This document shows positions 25,079-38,997 of a DNA stretch of 64,000 bases, one piece after another. The DNA lies in assembly GCF_006345805.1 (NCBI RefSeq), contig NC_042999.1, forward strand, positions 59,272,001 through 59,336,000, read 5' to 3'. This DNA comes from Octopus sinensis (Eukaryota). The notes below the pieces were generated by a model. The model did no database searches, had not been told where the DNA came from, and was given only the letters and a program-made list of their open reading frames with translations. Numbering within the stretch: the first letter of the stretch is position 1; each line of letters starts with the position of its first letter. Position numbers and translations under genes: made by a program.

Positions 25079-25689
25079 GGTAATATAAAGTAAATACATT
25101 TTTGTTTCGATAAATGCAAGGGTTTTCGTTTTCAGAAAGCGATTCCCCGGTTTATTATTGTTTTTGTAAAGTTATAGTAAATGTTATTTGTGTTGATTTT
25201 GTTGTTCATGTTTCTACTAGTGTAAATTCTGTTTGATGATGTAGGAGACCTATCACAGGATGGTAATCCTGTTTCAGACTACATACTATGAAGATTCAGG
25301 CGTGTATATGCACACACAAATATACGTATACGCACTCATACACACATATACATATGTATATGCTCATACCTCATATATATATATATATATAAAATAATAA
25401 TAATGAAAATAAAAATAACAATAAATTAAAAAATTAAAAAATTAAAAGTTTAAAAATTTATAAATTTAAAATTTGAAAATATAAAAAATATAACAAAAAA
25501 TAAAAAAATATAAAAATTTATAAATATAAATTAAAAATTTTAAATTTAAATAATTTAAATTCTAAATTTTGTATTTCATATATTTTGTATATTATATTAA
25601 TTATATTAATTATATTTATTTTTATGTTTTGGTTTATGTCTTTCACTGTTTGATTTGCCTAATAGTGGTTTTATCTCTAATTTAATATA

Positions 25690-25778
<89 letters not shown>

Positions 25779-25779
25779 G

Positions 25780-25810
<31 letters not shown>

Positions 25811-26239
25811 TGTGTGTGTGTGTGTATAAACACACATATATTGTCATAAATTGCAGAGAAGTATTTAGATGAAGCTTTATTTACGGACAAGAAATCCAAA
25901 TATGACGACACATTTGTTTCATAACGTAGAAAAATATGTAAATAACTTATATTGACATATTTAATACTAAATAAGCTACTTACATGTCTGCACTAATACA
26001 AAATGTAAAGAATTCTTTCAAAATAATACAGAATTCGAGCTACGTCATTAGGTGAAATATATTTTATGACAACGCTCCTTATGTTTTTCTCTGTTACTAT
26101 ATAGTATATATAGTTTGTACAATGACACATTAAGAAGCTTTTTTCTATGAATGCTACCGGATTACTTGAATCCATACATTGTGATTTGAATACATACATA
26201 CAAACATACATACATACTTATATATATTTATATACATAT

Positions 26240-26322
<83 letters not shown>

Positions 26323-26699
26323 ATATTTATATATATATGTATGTATGTATGTCTATATATATATATATAATGTAAATATATTAATTCATATACATACATA
26401 CGTGTATGTCTTCATTTTTAGACGCATGTTTCATACATCCATGCTTCTACTTATATATACAGGATAGCGGGCGTGTCATTATACGTATATCAAGAAATAC
26501 ACGACATTAGTATAACCATACCAACATGCTAAATTTCTATTTCTGTCCAATCAGAGAAGTCACTTGTGTTTATTACATCTAAGTTATCATTTAATAAAAT
26601 TTTGTATTGGCGTCACCGACTGAAAGACAGTAGGCGTATATAGTCAGTGTTGTGTGTTAAGTAGAGCATAAAGTATCGAGGCTTTGTTTGGATTAGTTA

Positions 26700-27950
26700 A
26701 TACAATATAATATTCTTTCGTTAATCTCTAGTCGTTCAGTCCCTTCACCAGTAGAAATGGATGAGAAAAAAATAGTTAGGTAAGACCTGCCCTCCATAAG
26801 TATCTCTCTATTCACCCAAGGGTGGTTATCTTGTCTATGATTCCCTGATTTGTTGGCGTTCTACCGTCATTCCTTATCCAAGTTTCATAACCGATTCTCG
26901 ATAACCTATGCATGTTATAATGAAGACTAGATTTTCCGACTTGTACGCGAAATTGTTTTTAATTGTGGCAGTATGAACCTATTTATGTAGAATTTGGGTC
27001 TCTTAAACAAGCAGCTAAATATGCCATAGCTTACATTTACATTAGCAGTTTTAAAGGTATGCGTACATAAATATCCTTTTAGTGAGTTTGTTTGTGATTT
27101 GCTTTTTCTAATTACTTATTTTTTCGTGGACGTTTTTAAGCTTTTGATCCTGTAATAATAGTGACAGGTGTTGATAGATGTTAAAAATTTCGGTATTGCT
27201 TTGGATAAAAATTGAAATATATTGAAATTGCATTTCTTTTCTTTTTTTTTTTTAATGTTATTTGAAGTTCTCAGATGTAAATTAATTTCTCTTTTTGAAT
27301 TCTAAATTAATTCCCGTTTATGGAGCATTTACTTATCTATACCTTTCCATTTTGTTCCAGGGTTTGGTGCAATTGTGCATATTCGTTTCGCCAGACTGAA
27401 CGGAATGTTGTTTTGGATGTGTTTAAATTCACGCGATGAACAGAAGAGGCCTTGTCTTGAGTCTAGATTGTGTAAGAATGGGAGTTTATCATTCCTGAAT
27501 ATCACTGCGAAGTGAATATGTCGGTGTATACTGTTTACAATGTTTTGAAATTGTCAGTATCTAAGTATTTTCCCTCCATAAAATGAAACAATCGTCCAGA
27601 AACCGCTTTCAATTTACTTTAAAAAAAATAACAACGCGTTACCGGATATGAAGCCAATGTTTTCTGTAAGACAGAACCCATCTTCAATAAAGTTCTTATC
27701 TCCGCATTCTAGTACTTCATACGTTATTAAGTCAAGTTAATATTCGATAGCTCCGGTTCCATAATTGTGAGGAATTCTACTATATAGATTCATAACATCA
27801 AATATGATAATATACATATTTACATTATTTATACGATTTAGTATGTCCAAATCATCTCGTATAAAACGCTTTATGCACTTCAGGAAGGGTTTTAACAATG
27901 TGTTTCCAATGGTGATAAGACGTTTACACATTCTGTTCCTACACGTGTTT
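26700..27950 (-). pseudogene. Decayed Penelope-like element (RT plus GIY-YIG)
   Basis: Minus strand: LLKPF..FIRDDLDILN..FDVMNLYSRIPH; KRFLDDCFILW; IHFAV..KLPFL; NIPFSLAKRICTI; then SENLVFIITCIGY..MTVERQQIR (GIY-YIG-like). Confidence 0.8.
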
Positions 27951-28387
27951 CATTAATTAGTTTATTCATATATAACTTACATAGTCGATAGATGTTGCTT
28001 GCTCTATATTTGAAGAATGTAAAGCAATTCAATTCTTTAGAACTAGGAGTATATTATAATTTATATATTTAATCGAAAGAGTTACTCAAATCGTAATATT
28101 AGTATTATTCGCGGTAGTATTACTACTATAACCCAGCAGCCATAAGGAGAAAACCACAACCAGCACCGTATGAATTTCCTGAACAGATATCATGAAAAAT
28201 TGATTTAATTTATTTCAATATATTTTCTTTCTTTCCCATCATGCAGAAATCGTCTTTAAAATGATTGGGACGGGTAGCATATTCTTATAAATCGTATACA
28301 TATTTTATATATTTGTCCATAATAAAGTTCTGAGCTCATATTCTTCATAAATTTACAAGTGTGAAACCTCTTTGCCTTTCAATATGA

Positions 28388-28457
<70 letters not shown>

Positions 28458-29255
28458 GTACGTGTATGTGTGTGTACCTGCGTGTATGTGTGTGAGTATG
28501 TTTTTGCGTGTAAATCGTATTTGTGTGCATCTACGTGTGGGTACCTGTGTGCGTGCATCTACGTGTGGGTACCTATATGCTTATATATATATATATATAT
28601 ATATGCATATACACGTACATAATATATATATATGCACATGCATATACACGTACACATATATAGGAATACACGTGCGTACTCCTATTTCAGGTATGTATGC
28701 GTATGTAGTTGACTGCGTGGTTTACATGTGTATATAGAAATGAATACTTATTCCTACTCATATCAATTTCGAACGAACCAAAAATATGATTTCTTCATAG
28801 ATATCATATTAAATGCGATTGCTTGTTGCTAAGGATTTAGGATTATATGATAACTGTATGAATGTAATTGCTAAAATTAAAATAGAGAAGCAGACTTTCT
28901 TACAGCTTATTTTGGAGTTTCAAAGCAATTACTGCTATTGAACGAGGTTTAATAGCATTAGGTAGTTCATTGTTACGCGACTTTAATGAAATTCGTAGAT
29001 TAGTAATAAAGGCCAGCTAATATAATAGCTTTATTTATAATGAAGTGTTCTTCTGGCAAGAAACTTCCGATAAATGTTAATAAAATTCGTAATGTTAAAG
29101 GACTTTTCTGACAAATACTACAAGATTTCACCGCAATAATCGATGAAACATTAATTCACGTATCGCACGCATAAATACGTAATTACATACTTATAGATAT
29201 ACGTGCATGTATACATACAGACATACATCTATATGTATATGTATCTCTTTCTTTT

Positions 29256-29342
<87 letters not shown>

Positions 29343-29486
29343 GTGTGTATCTACAAGTATTTATGTGTATAGGAATATATACCATATCTACCTAGGTATC
29401 TACATATCTATGTATGTATGTATGTACGTATCTGTCTATCTATCTAACTATACATATCTATACATGTGTGTGTACTGTACACACAC

Positions 29487-29521
<35 letters not shown>

Positions 29522-29584
29522 TTATATACACATACATACATACATACATACATACATACATACATACATACATACTACATACAT

Positions 29585-29615
<31 letters not shown>

Positions 29616-30132
29616 TACATACATACATACATACATAGACATATATCAGCTGATCCACAATTGCTAAATCTATTTTATATGAAGTCAGAGTTAGGTAGCA
29701 AAGGGAATTCTAGATATGGAATTTAGTTATTAAAATGTATTGTAAACACACATAGAATTCGGGATATATTAATATTGAAAGCGAGAAATACGAGAAATAA
29801 GATTGTGTTCTTAACGCGAACAAATAGCATTCGAGTTCCGTTTTGCATTTACTGATTACAAAACCTTTGCCTGAAGATCATTATTGTTTCTTGTATACTA
29901 AATGAACTTTCATGAATATCATATTCGATGGCATATCTGTGTGGTTAGGAATTTCAGTGGGCATCGATGAGGTTTCAGGTCTCATCCCACTGCATTTAAA
30001 CATCTCTAAAACGTAATGTGAAAAACCAACAAACCACAAGTAGTGGCGAATGTTCAAAGTCACCTTATACAAAATTGTACATATATATATATATATATAT
30101 AATACAATATGTGTGTGTGTGTGTGCGTGCAA

Positions 30133-30372
30133 AGGCTCATGGTTCAGTGATTTGATAGTCGGGCTTAGTACCATTAGATAGTGAGTTCGATTCTGGGACC
30201 AGGCTGTGTGTTGTGTTCTTGAGCAAGACACTTCATTTCATATTGCTCCAGTCCAGCTGTTGGAATGAGTTGCGAACGTCACTGGTTCCAAGTTGTATCG
30301 GCCTTTGCTTTTCCTTTGGATAACATCGGTGAGGTGGAGAGGGGAGGCTGCTATGCATGGGTGACTGATGGT
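30133..30372 (+). mobile_element. CORE-type tRNA SINE with a distinct body, followed by a SINE A head fragment (30375-30433)
   Basis: B box gagttcgattc, CORE-like tgtgttcttgagcaagacacttcatttc, body ggataacatcggtgaggtggagaggggaggctg. Confidence 0.65.
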
Positions 30373-30672
30373 CTTCCATAAACCACTCACATGGTTCGGG
30401 GTTCAGTTCCACTGTGTGGCACCCTGGGCAAGTAAAATTATTTCCTAATGTCTGTTGATATCAACCAAACAATAATTAATTGCAATACGCACAGTGAACT
30501 TAGAAATCTCGAGGATGGCATCCATTTTAATTTTGAATACATTTCAGCAGATTCGAATGTGACTCAAAGGAAATTATCATATTCGTATTCTCATCTATCG
30601 GAACATATTAAGAATGAATATGTATGTAATTGTGTTGATTCTCGTTATTCAATGTGCATATAATAATTTAGC

Positions 30673-30870
30673 ACTCTTTTACTTGTTTCAGTCATTTGAC
30701 TGTGGCCATGCTGGAGCACCGCCTTTAGTCGAGCAAATCGACCCCAAGACTTATTCTTTGTAAGCCTAATACTTACTCTATCGGTCTCTTTTGCCGAACC
30801 GCTACGTTACAGGGACGTAAACACACCAGTATATGTTGTCAAGCGATGTTGGTGGTGGGGACAAACACAG

Positions 30871-30939
<69 letters not shown>

Positions 30940-31108
30940 CGTACACACACATATATACGACGGGCTTCTTTCAGTTTCCGTCTACCAAATCCACTCATAA
31001 GGCTTTGGTCGACCCGAGGCAGAAGACACTCGCCCAAGGTGTCACGCAGTGGGACTTGAACAATGTGGTTGGTAAGCAAGCTACTTACCACACAGCCACT
31101 CCTGCGCC
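30673..31108 (-). mobile_element. SINE A, full length
   Basis: Complete reverse-complement copy ending gccactcctgcgcc. Confidence 0.95.
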
Positions 31109-31139
31109 TTTTGCTTTTTTTTTTTAGTTCACAAATCTT

Positions 31140-32700
31140 TAATGTCTCATAAGAGGAAAGAGGACGAGGATAGAACCATTTTGATTTCTAGTGTAACCGC
31201 CTTGAATGATGGAGCAGAAAGTTTTTGGCTACATAATTTTTTTTTTACATTTATTTCCAGTATGATATTTTCGAACGTAACTTTGAAGCCATCTAAGTTT
31301 GCCGAACATTTCAATAAAAAAATGTGATAAAGTAGATGGAAATGACATTGAATAATTGATCGCCGAGAAATTCCACCAAAGTTGGGATTTGGATTAATAG
31401 AAAAACCTTTACTTCAAGCATTCTATTAAGATGCCTATCAAGGGGTTAAGGAAGAAAAAAAAACTTCACTGCATCGGATCGGTGAGTGATTAATGAAATC
31501 TTGTGAAGTAGAAATGATCAAGATTGTTCATGGTAAAAATGCGGAAAAAGATGTGTAGCGGGTACTAAGATCAAAAGACATCATAAGAAATGCCATTGTG
31601 GATATGAAACAGTGTAGCTTTGAGCTGTTGACATCAATGAAAGTACGATGAAATTATCACTGCGGTCGTATGAGTCAACAAGTGGTTCCAACTGTAACTA
31701 AGATTATTTTTGCTCGATGTATCAAGGAAGAACATGTGAGAGAACTCATTTTATTCTGTGAACCACTGGAAATAACAGGGAAATTACTGAATGCATTCAA
31801 TTTTGTTTCTTTTGCTTGGCATGGATTTATTATATACATCATAGGCTCTCTTTGCACTGGTGGTGAGTTATTTATGTTTGCGGAAAGTATCTGGATTCTC
31901 TGCGCTCATAAGAATGAATATTCCAGACCCACATATTACTCACTGTCTTCTTCACCAACATTCTTTGGCAGCGGAAATTTTAATTCATAATTTGCAAAGA
32001 GTGTTTAGCATATTTGTAAATATTATCAATAGAATGACAGGATCCCTTTCAGATATAGTTCACTCCAAATATTTTACGAAGTCATGAGTTACGAACAAAG
32101 GAATTTTCATTTAGTGTTCAACGTTGGAATTGTTATTCCGTGAACAAGTTTTGGACCTCATATTTGTGCTTCGCGAAACGCGATCTGGAGCATTTTTGAA
32201 CAACGATTGTCCAAATCACAAGTGATTCTTTAAAGAAACCCAAGAAACGTAGCTATTGTATGAATGTGCCAGACGCCCATCCATTAAAGAGAAAATTCCG
32301 TTATAGACGAGAAATTTTGAAAACGGAAACCTGTCAAGATTCTTGTCATAGGAATATTTTAATGAAGACGAATAATTTATTTTAAACTTTTCAGATGACT
32401 ATTTCTTAATCAGTACTCTCAATGTTTTTTTATGACTTCTCCGCTGGATATTTGGATGTGAATGACCGCTGGTTAGGCAATCTGCTTCGTTTCAAAATTT
32501 GTGACAGGCTTGGCCATTTTCTTAACATAAAGAAATAATTGAAAAAGATAGTCATCCAACAGAAATGGACTTCAATTTAAATTGACTTAGGACTTACAAG
32601 TTCCAAATAATTCGAAATGAAAAAATGAGCACTTTTTAAAAAAGTATTCTTCGTATATAATGGCATATATCAGGAAAATGGGGTTCCGTCGCTATCTTAT
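31140..32700 (+). pseudogene. Decayed hAT (Charlie/Buster-type) transposon
   Basis: SNVTLKPSKFAEHF; EKPLLQAFY; FARCIKEEHVRELILFCEPL; GSLCTGG; terminal ggggttccg motif near 32680. Confidence 0.75.
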
Positions 32701-32805
32701 AACTGCACAAATTTTATTATCGTGATATGACTTTTTTAATTTTGTGATTACAAAAATTACAACACAAAGGTGCAGGAGTGGCTGTGTGGTAAGGAGCTTG
32801 CTTCC

Positions 32806-34242
32806 GTGCATGCGTCACTCAGGGTGCACTTGGTTTGGCGTTTGTGTGCGAGGTTTTTTTTTGGGGTGATGTACAATATATATATATTTTTTGGGGTGAT
32901 GTACTCAGGGGTGATGTACTCAGACTTTAGCCTGCCTGAGTTGTCTTCAGCAGAGGAGGAGCTGGTAAGAGCGGTCATAAAGATGGACGGAGTGTTGGAG
33001 AAGACAAGAAGTTTTGCTGAAGCCACGGAGATGAAGCGAAGGGTGTTGGATTTGGCTGGCCTGAAGATGTATGAGATAATGGTACAGAAGGTGGGAGGTG
33101 ACGTGAGGATGTCGCTCCCCCCAAGGCATTATGGAGCGGATGGAGAGAAAACCGATCACCTATAAGGTGTTCTCGTTAAAAGGAAAAAAGGCCGAGCAGG
33201 TGGAAACTGAAACAGAAAAGACGCTAAGGGAGCGGTCAAAGAAAATAATATACATAACTAAAGGAAGGAGATATGGAACAATGGTCGTCCAATTTAGGAC
33301 AGTAGATGAGGCGAAGAGGCTGGCGAGTGTGGCGGTGAAAACAGAGGAAGTAGTGCTTCTGCCCACATACCTTGGAAGATGAGGGTAGAAGCAATCCCAC
33401 CTGATATAGAGGTGGCTTGGGCGGCGGCGGCTGTCCTTGTTGGAAGTGAGGAGAAAGTGGCTGTCCTTCAAGCCACAGAAACAGAAGAAGGAGGGTGGAA
33501 AGGGAAGACACTAGAATTAAATATACAGACGGAGGACAACTGGAGAGTTTGGAAGAAACGGTGACATTGGGGAAGATTGTGCTGAGAGTGTGGGTAGAAT
33601 GCAGAGTACCACATTGTTTCAAATGTGGCCAAAAGGGCCACATTAGAGCATACTGCCCTCTACAGAGGACAATAGCAGAGGAAACAGTTGTGGAGACGGA
33701 ATAGAAAAGAGAAGAAAAGAAAGACGGAGGAAAGGAGGAACAGGAGGAACAATGGAGAGTAATAGAGAGTAGAAGGAAGAGAAAAAAGAAAGAACAGTGA
33801 GTATGACGTGGTACCCCAATCAACTCCATCCCACCCAAGACCAATCGGACCTACTCTCCCCATACAGACACCAAACCCACCCACCCCGTTTCCCCACAGG
33901 AAAAAAGAGCATATAGCTCAGAATTTAGAAGAACTCTCTCCCGGTGGAAAAGGTTACGAGAGAGTGCAGTCATGGAACGATAGTGGAACTGGAACAGAGA
34001 CTAAAAGGAAATTAGTACTCAGAGGCGGCAAGTTGTGTTGCTCAGTGTTGGGTGATTAGCATACTCTTCATATTTTCAACTATCACGCATGTTAACATTA
34101 TTTTAATTTGTTTTTCATGTTCATTTTCATGTTTCATTCATAATATTATGTTTCATTTTTATATGTTTTTAATGTTATATGTCCCCACATGTGTTGTAGT
34201 GCCCCCTGTATGTAATGCCTTTATGGAAGAAATATTGAAATA
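32806..34242 (+). mobile_element. Non-autonomous ORF1-only non-LTR element with a Tx1-like 3' end
   Basis: Imperfect 15-bp TSD aaggagcttgcttcc (32791-32805) / aagaaacttgcttac (34243-34257). No RT motifs found. 3' end tgtaatgcctttatggaagaaatattgaaata. Confidence 0.85.
32869..33800 (+). pseudogene. ORF1/gag-like nucleic-acid-binding protein with a CCHC zinc knuckle (frameshifted)
   Basis: Consecutive ORF pieces 32770..33165, 33131..33382, 33379..33564 and 33495..33704. CFKCGQKGHIRAYC (CX2CX4HX4C) at 33615-33656, then an E/K-rich stretch and WRVIESRRKRKK. Confidence 0.85.
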
Positions 34243-35123
34243 AAGAAACTTGCTTACCAATCACATAGTTCCGGGTTCAGTCCCACTGCGTGGCACCTTG
34301 GGCAAGTGTCTTCTACTACAGCCTTGGGCTGACCAAAGCTTTGTGAGTGGAGTTGGTAGACGGAAACAGAAGGAAGCCCATTGTATATATATCGTGGAGT
34401 AATTCATTCATGAAGAAATGATTTGTACGTTCTGTCATATATTAAGCATGAATCGTTTAAATGTAGAAGGAGTGAGAGTGAAGGAACAATGAAATATTTT
34501 CACCTGAATACTGTGAAGTAATTATATCGAAAGCAAAGTGGGAACTGGAAGGTAGCAACATGTCGAAATACCACTCATCGTATGTGTGTGTGTGTATGCA
34601 TTTGTGTGTCTGTGCTTGCCTCCCCCCCAACATCGCTTGACAACCGATGTTGGTGTATTTACGTCCCCGTAACTTAGCGTTTTGGCAAAGAGTAGGAAAG
34701 GATAAGTACTAGGCTTGTAAAGAATAAGTCCTGGAGTCCATTTTTTCGGCTAAAAGGTGGTACTCCGTCATGGCCCTAGTCAAAAGACTGAAGTAAAAGA
34801 ATAAAAGAATATTCTTATTGGCATTATTCATCTTCATTCGTTTGAATTTGATTGTTTTATACTTCAACTTCATGGGAACAAGATGATGCTGTAGTTACCA
34901 CTGGATGTAGGTCATGAAAGCAGTTGAGAGCTGATTTTATGATCATGCAACCTGCAAGAAATAGCAGTTGTATATACCACAAATCAAACCATACAAGATG
35001 TGCCGACACCGTTTTCCTCCTAACGAGAAAAAGTTACGTCTGTGTAGTGATGAAAAGTAATATTTATTTATAGAACTAATACTCAGTTCGTTCTAGAGTT
35101 AGTTCTTTGTTAGTTCTACCATA

Positions 35124-35307
35124 GGCGTAGGAGTGGCTGTGTGGTAGGTAGCATACTTACGAAACGCATAGTTCCGGGTTCAGTCCCACTGCGTGGCACC
35201 TTGGGCAAGTGACGTTTACTACAGCGTCGGGCCGACCAAAGCCTTGTGAGTGGACTTGGTAGACGGAAACTGAAAGAAACCCGTCGTATATATGTATACA
35301 TATATCA

Positions 35308-35354
<47 letters not shown>

Positions 35355-35597
35355 TTTGTCTGTGTATGTGTATATGTGCGTGTGTGTATGTTTGTGTGTA
35401 TGCTTTTGTGTCGGTATTTGTCTCCCACCATCGCTTGACAACCGATGTTGGCGTGTTAACGTCCACGTTAGCTAGTGTTTCGGCAAAAGAAACCGATAGA
35501 ATAAGTACTCAGCTTACAAAGTATAAGTCCTGGGGGCGATTTGCTCGACTAAAGGCGATGCTGCAGCATGGCCACAGTCAAATGACTGAAACAAGAG
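35124..35597 (+). mobile_element. SINE A, full length
   Basis: ggcgtaggagtggctgtgtggtagg ... atgactgaaacaagag. Confidence 0.93.
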
Positions 35598-35633
35598 TGT
35601 CATAAATAAATGAAATAAAAAATAGCAAAACTA

Positions 35634-35688
<55 letters not shown>

Positions 35689-35739
35689 ATATATATATAT
35701 ATTACATCAGGCATTTATAAATAGCGCGTCAATTGATGT

Positions 35740-36800
35740 TCCTAAGAGGTTGAAAGACCATAGAGAGTTTGTATTTAGAAGGCGATTTTGAATGGTTATA
35801 TTTTCTAAATTCGTGTTCTTCTATTGTTGGTTTTTAAATTTCTTTTCTCATTATTCGTGTTCTTGACTTGGTTTTGTTGAACTAATTTTTTTGGAAAACG
35901 ACTGCTCACACATGGAGGCGTTGCTGAACACTGACGCCATATTTTTTTGTGTGCGTGATAGGAGAAATTTAAATGCATCTCGTGTTCTATATAGATATTT
36001 CATTAAGAATCCATGTAGAGATTCGCACTCTGCATGGAATTTAGCTTTTAATAAATCATGCCATTGTATCTCAAGAAGTTCCATTTTCGGCATCGCTGTA
36101 CATTTTCGCATCAAATAGAATACAAAATATTCTGAAATTATCTGCGTGTTAACGAATATTACCAAACCGTGATTTAGGTAGAGAATATGGCCCTGAAATC
36201 ACGTTTCGCAGCCAAAAATATGCAGCTTGTCTGTAAGCTTTGTCTCTCTGAGGTGCAGAGATTGATTTTTTTTCGGCTGGCATATCCGCAGTTGAAGTTT
36301 TGTTTCAAAGACGAGTATGTATCGCCATACGTCATGAATCATCTGAGATTCTTCTATGTAGCAGCAAATTTATCTTATTTTATTCTCAATGAGTTAAATC
36401 AAGTAGATATGCTGGGCTTTGAAAGTCGTTCTAAATAAATGCGTAGAAACAATCTGTCTTCACAGTGCATGTATTCTTGCAAGCTTAACTCCTTGATTGA
36501 TCCAAACAACGTCGCAGTGTTGTAGCAAGTCTTCGTACCGAGTCTCTAATTTCGACAATACTTGCCGAAAATGATAGAGGTTCAATTTCTGTGACAAGAT
36601 CAGCTCTACCGCTTATGTCACTGCGTCGATCGGGTCCTTCAGATGATTTTGCAATGTTGCATTTAATTGCGAGGCTTGTCCTTCGTCTTTAAAGTAAAGC
36701 TACGATATTTTTATTTTGTTCAACGCAGCGCTTACTTCTACGAGCATTGAGACGTGTAGATTTCTGAATGATGAATATCAACCATCCTGCTCATTTGCTT
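35740..36800 (-). pseudogene. Decayed hAT (SPIN/GTF2IRD2-like) transposase
   Basis: Minus strand: LETRYEDLLQHCDVVWINQG; MELLEIQWHDLLKAKF; MASVFSNASMCEQSFSK (hAT dimerisation-domain CEQxFS motif). Confidence 0.75.
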
Positions 36801-36868
36801 CTTTTCTAGAGCTAATGTCAGAAGTCGTTCGTCCATTCACGGAAATATCAATAATTCCTTCTCTATCT

Positions 36869-36900
<32 letters not shown>

Positions 36901-37031
36901 CCTTTGTGTCCCTCTCGGTGTCTTTTCTCTGGCTGCCTATCAGTCGGTCTGTCTCTCTCTCACACACACAAACGTTATATATACATGTACGCGTATGTTT
37001 ATGTATATATATATGTATATGTATGTGTATA

Positions 37032-37078
<47 letters not shown>

Positions 37079-37080
<2 letters not shown>

Positions 37081-37180
37081 CCTGCTCGCTTAGCCAGCGG
37101 GGTGGTGTCATTCGAAGGCTAAAAGAATGCGAACGCATTGTGACCAGCGATGTGTAACAACATTTGATGGTCTGGTCGGG
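37079..37180 (+). mobile_element. Tail-only copy of the alternative SINE C 3' module
   Basis: cctgctcgcttagccagcg...gcattgtgaccagcgatgtgtaacaacatttgatggtctggtcg matches 8172-8270. Confidence 0.8.
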
Positions 37181-37939
37181 AAAAAAGGAAAAGAAAAGAA
37201 AAGAATATATATATATATATATGTATGTATGTATGTACATATATATGTATCTGTGTATCTATATATTTATCTATCTATCTATCTATCTTTCTATCTTTCT
37301 ATATATCTTTCTATCTATCTATCTAACTAGCTATCTATCTATCTGTCTATCTACTTTTTGTGTATATTCCACATACACAAGTACAAGCACACACAGAAAA
37401 CACGTACACACGTTAACAAGGGTGACATATAAGCAGTCATCAGAACTGCTTGAAATGTGAATCAGTTCACCCTAAAATCAAATCCCAATCTTTGCAATAA
37501 GAAACAGCGAAGTGTCAGATACTAATTTTGACATGAGATGCACACCATTTTCGAAGCAAAACATAATTATCTTGATACGTTATGATTTGAATGCCTCCGA
37601 ATATCTATGTCTGAAGGATCTATGCCATCTGAGAAAAAGATAAGAGAAACGCATATATACATATATTCTAACGAATAATTATGAATGCAAAAAAAAAAAT
37701 GTCTTATAAAAGAGAGGAGCAATGTTTGAACAGTTGTTATCTCCCTTCCATAAGTTTGTGATTTGTGTTTGCAGCTATTCTTATTTTCTAACAAAAAAAA
37801 CAGTAAAAAAAAAATATTCCTTGCTCTGTTCTACATAAGCTCGAAAGACTTTATCTGCAACAGTCTCTGTGTATGTCTGAGAATACGTACATACATATAT
37901 GCATATGTATGGTATGCATATAGAACTAAATGTGTAATA

Positions 37940-37942
37940 TAT

Positions 37943-37992
<50 letters not shown>

Positions 37993-38927
37993 TTATATAT
38001 ATATTATATATTTATGTATATATATATATATATATAATATATGTATACACATACCGCATATAAATACGTATATATACGTATATAAGTGTGTGTATACACA
38101 CATGTATTTGCAAATTATATACATTTACATACATACATAATACATATATACATACAAACACACCCACATAAATATGTACGTAGGTGGTATGTGTGTACAT
38201 ATGAATATATAAGGCATGCAATTAGTATTTAACCCATCACAGAAGCATTTCCATCCCGAGTCTTGTAGCAAAGAACCCATGTTTGTTATAATTTTTTCCG
38301 CCTATTGTCTTATCTATATTTTATTTTCCTTCTCTCCTGTCACCTTATCTAAAACAATTATCAATTTAGACGCTTCGCACCATATTACACTATATTACAT
38401 TAACTTATCTTTGTCCGTAACATACTTACACTTTTTCCTAGCATCTCACAAATACATCATACAAGCAAGCAGCACCCCCGTGGCCTAGTCTTTCTGATTT
38501 TCTGTCAGAACTGTGAGATGGATGAACTTCTAAAGTGGACACAGCAACGAAGATAACAAATCACTTAGTCTAGACTTTAATTGTGCGTTTGTCACTGACA
38601 GTAGAGCAAAAACATTTCTCTCCATCCTATCTTTCTTATCGTTGCTGTAATCTCATTGCTCTCATATACTCGGTAAATTCATCCTATCATATACTGTGCT
38701 GGTTGCTATTTATGTATTTATTTATTTACTTGGTTATTGTGCGTGCGTTTCAGCTCTCATTGTGTGTGTGTGTGTGTGTGTGTGTCTTTTTAGCATAATT
38801 TTAATCTTCATTCGCGTAGTCTCTCTCACTTTCGCTCTATTATGGATGTATATATGTGTATGTGCGTATATGAATACATACATACATACATACATATATA
38901 TATATTATATATATATATATATATATA

Positions 38928-38997
<70 letters not shown>

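Larger units (their letters stand above)
32769..34810 (+). mobile_element. SINE A copy split by a 1.44-kb insertion in its head and a 175-bp insertion in its spacer
   Basis: Head 32769-32805, resumes at 34243; 3' half 34590-34810. Confidence 0.92.

Noticed and set aside
25390-25620. Pure A/T low-complexity tract with self-complementary patches
   Set aside because: No defined unit; could be a degraded microsatellite or a read-error artefact.
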